Origin: Rhina ancylostomus
Taxonomy: Eukaryota
Length of the DNA stretch: 64,000 bases
Assembly (NCBI GenBank): GCA_030265395.1
Contig: JARFYF010000112.1
Coordinates: forward strand, 17,399,643-17,463,642
Direction of reading: 5' to 3'
The notes below the pieces were generated by a model. It searched no databases and was not told where the DNA came from. It saw nothing but the letters and a program-made list of their open reading frames with translations. A program made the position numbers and the translations under genes. Every line of letters starts with the position of its first letter. The first letter of the stretch is position 1. Positions 62,255 through 64,000 of the stretch are shown in pieces.

Positions 62255-64000
62255 ACCCATCAGTTGTGGCAGGGCTTACGTGCTATAACAGGCTACAAAA
62301 CTTAGTCGGGCAGCACTGCTAGCAACAGCACATCCCTTCCTAATGAACTTAACACATTCTGTGCACATTTTGAACAGAAGGGGAATGGAATGTCACCACC
62401 CGCCCCGACAGCCTCCAATGCACCTGAACCCACAGTCACCATTGTAGATGTCAGATCAGTCTTCCGGAGAGTGAACCCGTGGAAAGCAGCTAGCCTGGAT
62501 AGAGTCCCCAGCCATGTCATCAGATCCTGTACCGATCAGCTGGCGGGGGTACTTGCAGACATTTTTAACCTCTCCTTACTTCAGTCCGAGGTTCCTACCT
62601 GCTTTAAGAAGACCACTATCATTCCAGTACCAAAGAAAAATAAGATAACATGCCTTAATAACTACTGCCTGGTGGCTCTGACATCCACCATCATGAAGTG
62701 CTTTGAGAAGCTGGTCATGGCACACATTAACTCCAGCCTCCCAGACAACCTCGTCCCACTGCAATTTGCTTACTGCCAAAATAGGTCCAAGGCAGGTACC
62801 ATCTCCCTGGCCCTACACTCATTCCTGGAGCATCTGGACAGTAAAGACATCTATATCAAACTACTACTTACTGGCTACAGCCCTGCCTTCAATACCATAA
62901 TTTCAAGCAAACTCATCTCCAAACTCCGAGACCTGGGACCCAACACCTCCCTCTGCAACTGGATCCTTAACTTCCAGACCAACAGACCGCAATCAGTAAG
63001 GATAGGCAGAAACACCTCTGCCAGGATTATCCTCAACACTGGTGCCCCACAGGGCTGCGTCCTAAGTCCCCTACTCTACTCCCTATACACTCACAATGGT
63101 ATGGCCAGATTCCGTTCTAACTCCATTTACAAGTTTGCAGATGACATCACCGTAGTGGGTCAAATCTCAAATAATTATGAGTCGGAGTACAGGAAGGAGA
63201 CAGAGAGCCTAGTGGAATGGTGTCATGACAACAACTTTTCTCTCACTGTCAGCAAAACAACAGAGTTGGTCATTGACTTCAGGAAGGGGGGTGTGCACAT
63301 GCTCCTGTTTACATTAACGATGCTGAGGTCGAAGGGCTTGAGAGCTTCAAGTTATTAGGAGTGAACATCATCAGTAGCCTGTCCTGATCCAACCACGTAG
63401 AAATAGTGGTCAAGAAAGGGCACCAGGGCTACTACTTCCTCAGGAGGCAAAAGAAATTTGGCATATCCCTATTGATCCTCACCACTTTTTATAGATGCTG
63501 TATAGAAAGCATCGTATTCGAATGCATCACAGCTAGGTATGGCAACTGCTCTACCCGAGACTGCAAGAAACTGCAGAGTTGTGAACACAGTTCAGCACAT
63601 CATGGAAACCAGCCTCTCCTCCATGGACTCTGTCAAATCTGCCTCAGTAAAGCAGCCAGCATAATCAAAGACCCACCCACCCCAGACATTCTCTCTTCTT
63701 CCCCCTCCCATTGGGTAGAAGATACAAAAGCCTAAACGCACACATCACCAGGCTCAACTACAGCTTCTATCCCGCTATCATAAGACTATTGAACAGTCCC
63801 CTTGTACGATAAGATACACTCTTGATCTCACAATCTACCTCGTCGTGGCCTTGCCCCTTATTGTTTTCCTGCACTGCACTTGCTCTGAGGCAGTGACAGT
63901 TTATTCTGTATTCTATTATTGCTTTTCCTTTGTACTACCTCAATGTACTGATGTGATGAAGTGATCTGTATGGACGGCGTGCAGAACAAAGTTTTTCACT
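62255..64000 (+). mobile_element. Rex1/Babar LINE ORF2 RT plus 3' UTR, inactive, running off the window
   Basis: ORF 62390-63358 contains VPTCFKKTTIIPVPKK, VALTSTIMKCFEKLV, GAPQGCVLSPLLYSLYT and YKFADD. A frameshift near 63290 and an in-frame TGA near 63385 disrupt it. Confidence 0.95.

Noticed and set aside
1-64000. CRISPR arrays, prokaryotic operons, rRNA or true tRNA genes
   Set aside because: None seen. The DNA is vertebrate intron, and tRNA-like sequence occurs only as decayed SINE heads.

Overview
Eukaryotic, AT-rich, repeat-dense vertebrate DNA. The repeat set (HER1/CR1 LINEs, HE1-type V-SINEs, Penelope-like elements, Rex1/Babar, L2) points to an elasmobranch (shark or ray); that assignment is inference. 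The only host coding sequence I can support is two small minus-strand exons missed by the ORF track, 57441-57496 (56 nt) and 49439-49520 (82 nt). They have canonical splice sites and join in frame to VPGDLSQTSEDQSLSDFETAHCALINVWIPTVFLRGRAANAFHVYQ, which I recognise as the start of the SNX29 PX domain. I did not find the neighbouring SNX29 exons, so the rest of the window appears to be SNX29 intron (more than 49 kb downstream, 7.9 kb between the exons, more than 6.5 kb upstream). The introns hold decayed and often nested retroelements: CR1/HER1, L2, RTE, Rex1/Babar, Penelope, V-SINE, a Vingi/Ingi-like LINE, and two LTR elements with target-site duplications (TSDs) whose interiors fall in N gaps. 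Nearly all ORF-track entries are spurious or TE fragments. I found no convincing novel biological system. The best leads are a young tRNA-Trp-primed LTR element with perfect CLEAR/E-box and CRE sites, inverted CR1 copies bracketing the frame-preserving exon pair (possible circRNA), degenerate hammerhead motifs in Penelope ends, candidate recursive-splice sites and the Vingi fossil. TE boundaries are approximate unless a TSD is given, and family calls rest on recalled consensus motifs, not on a database search.
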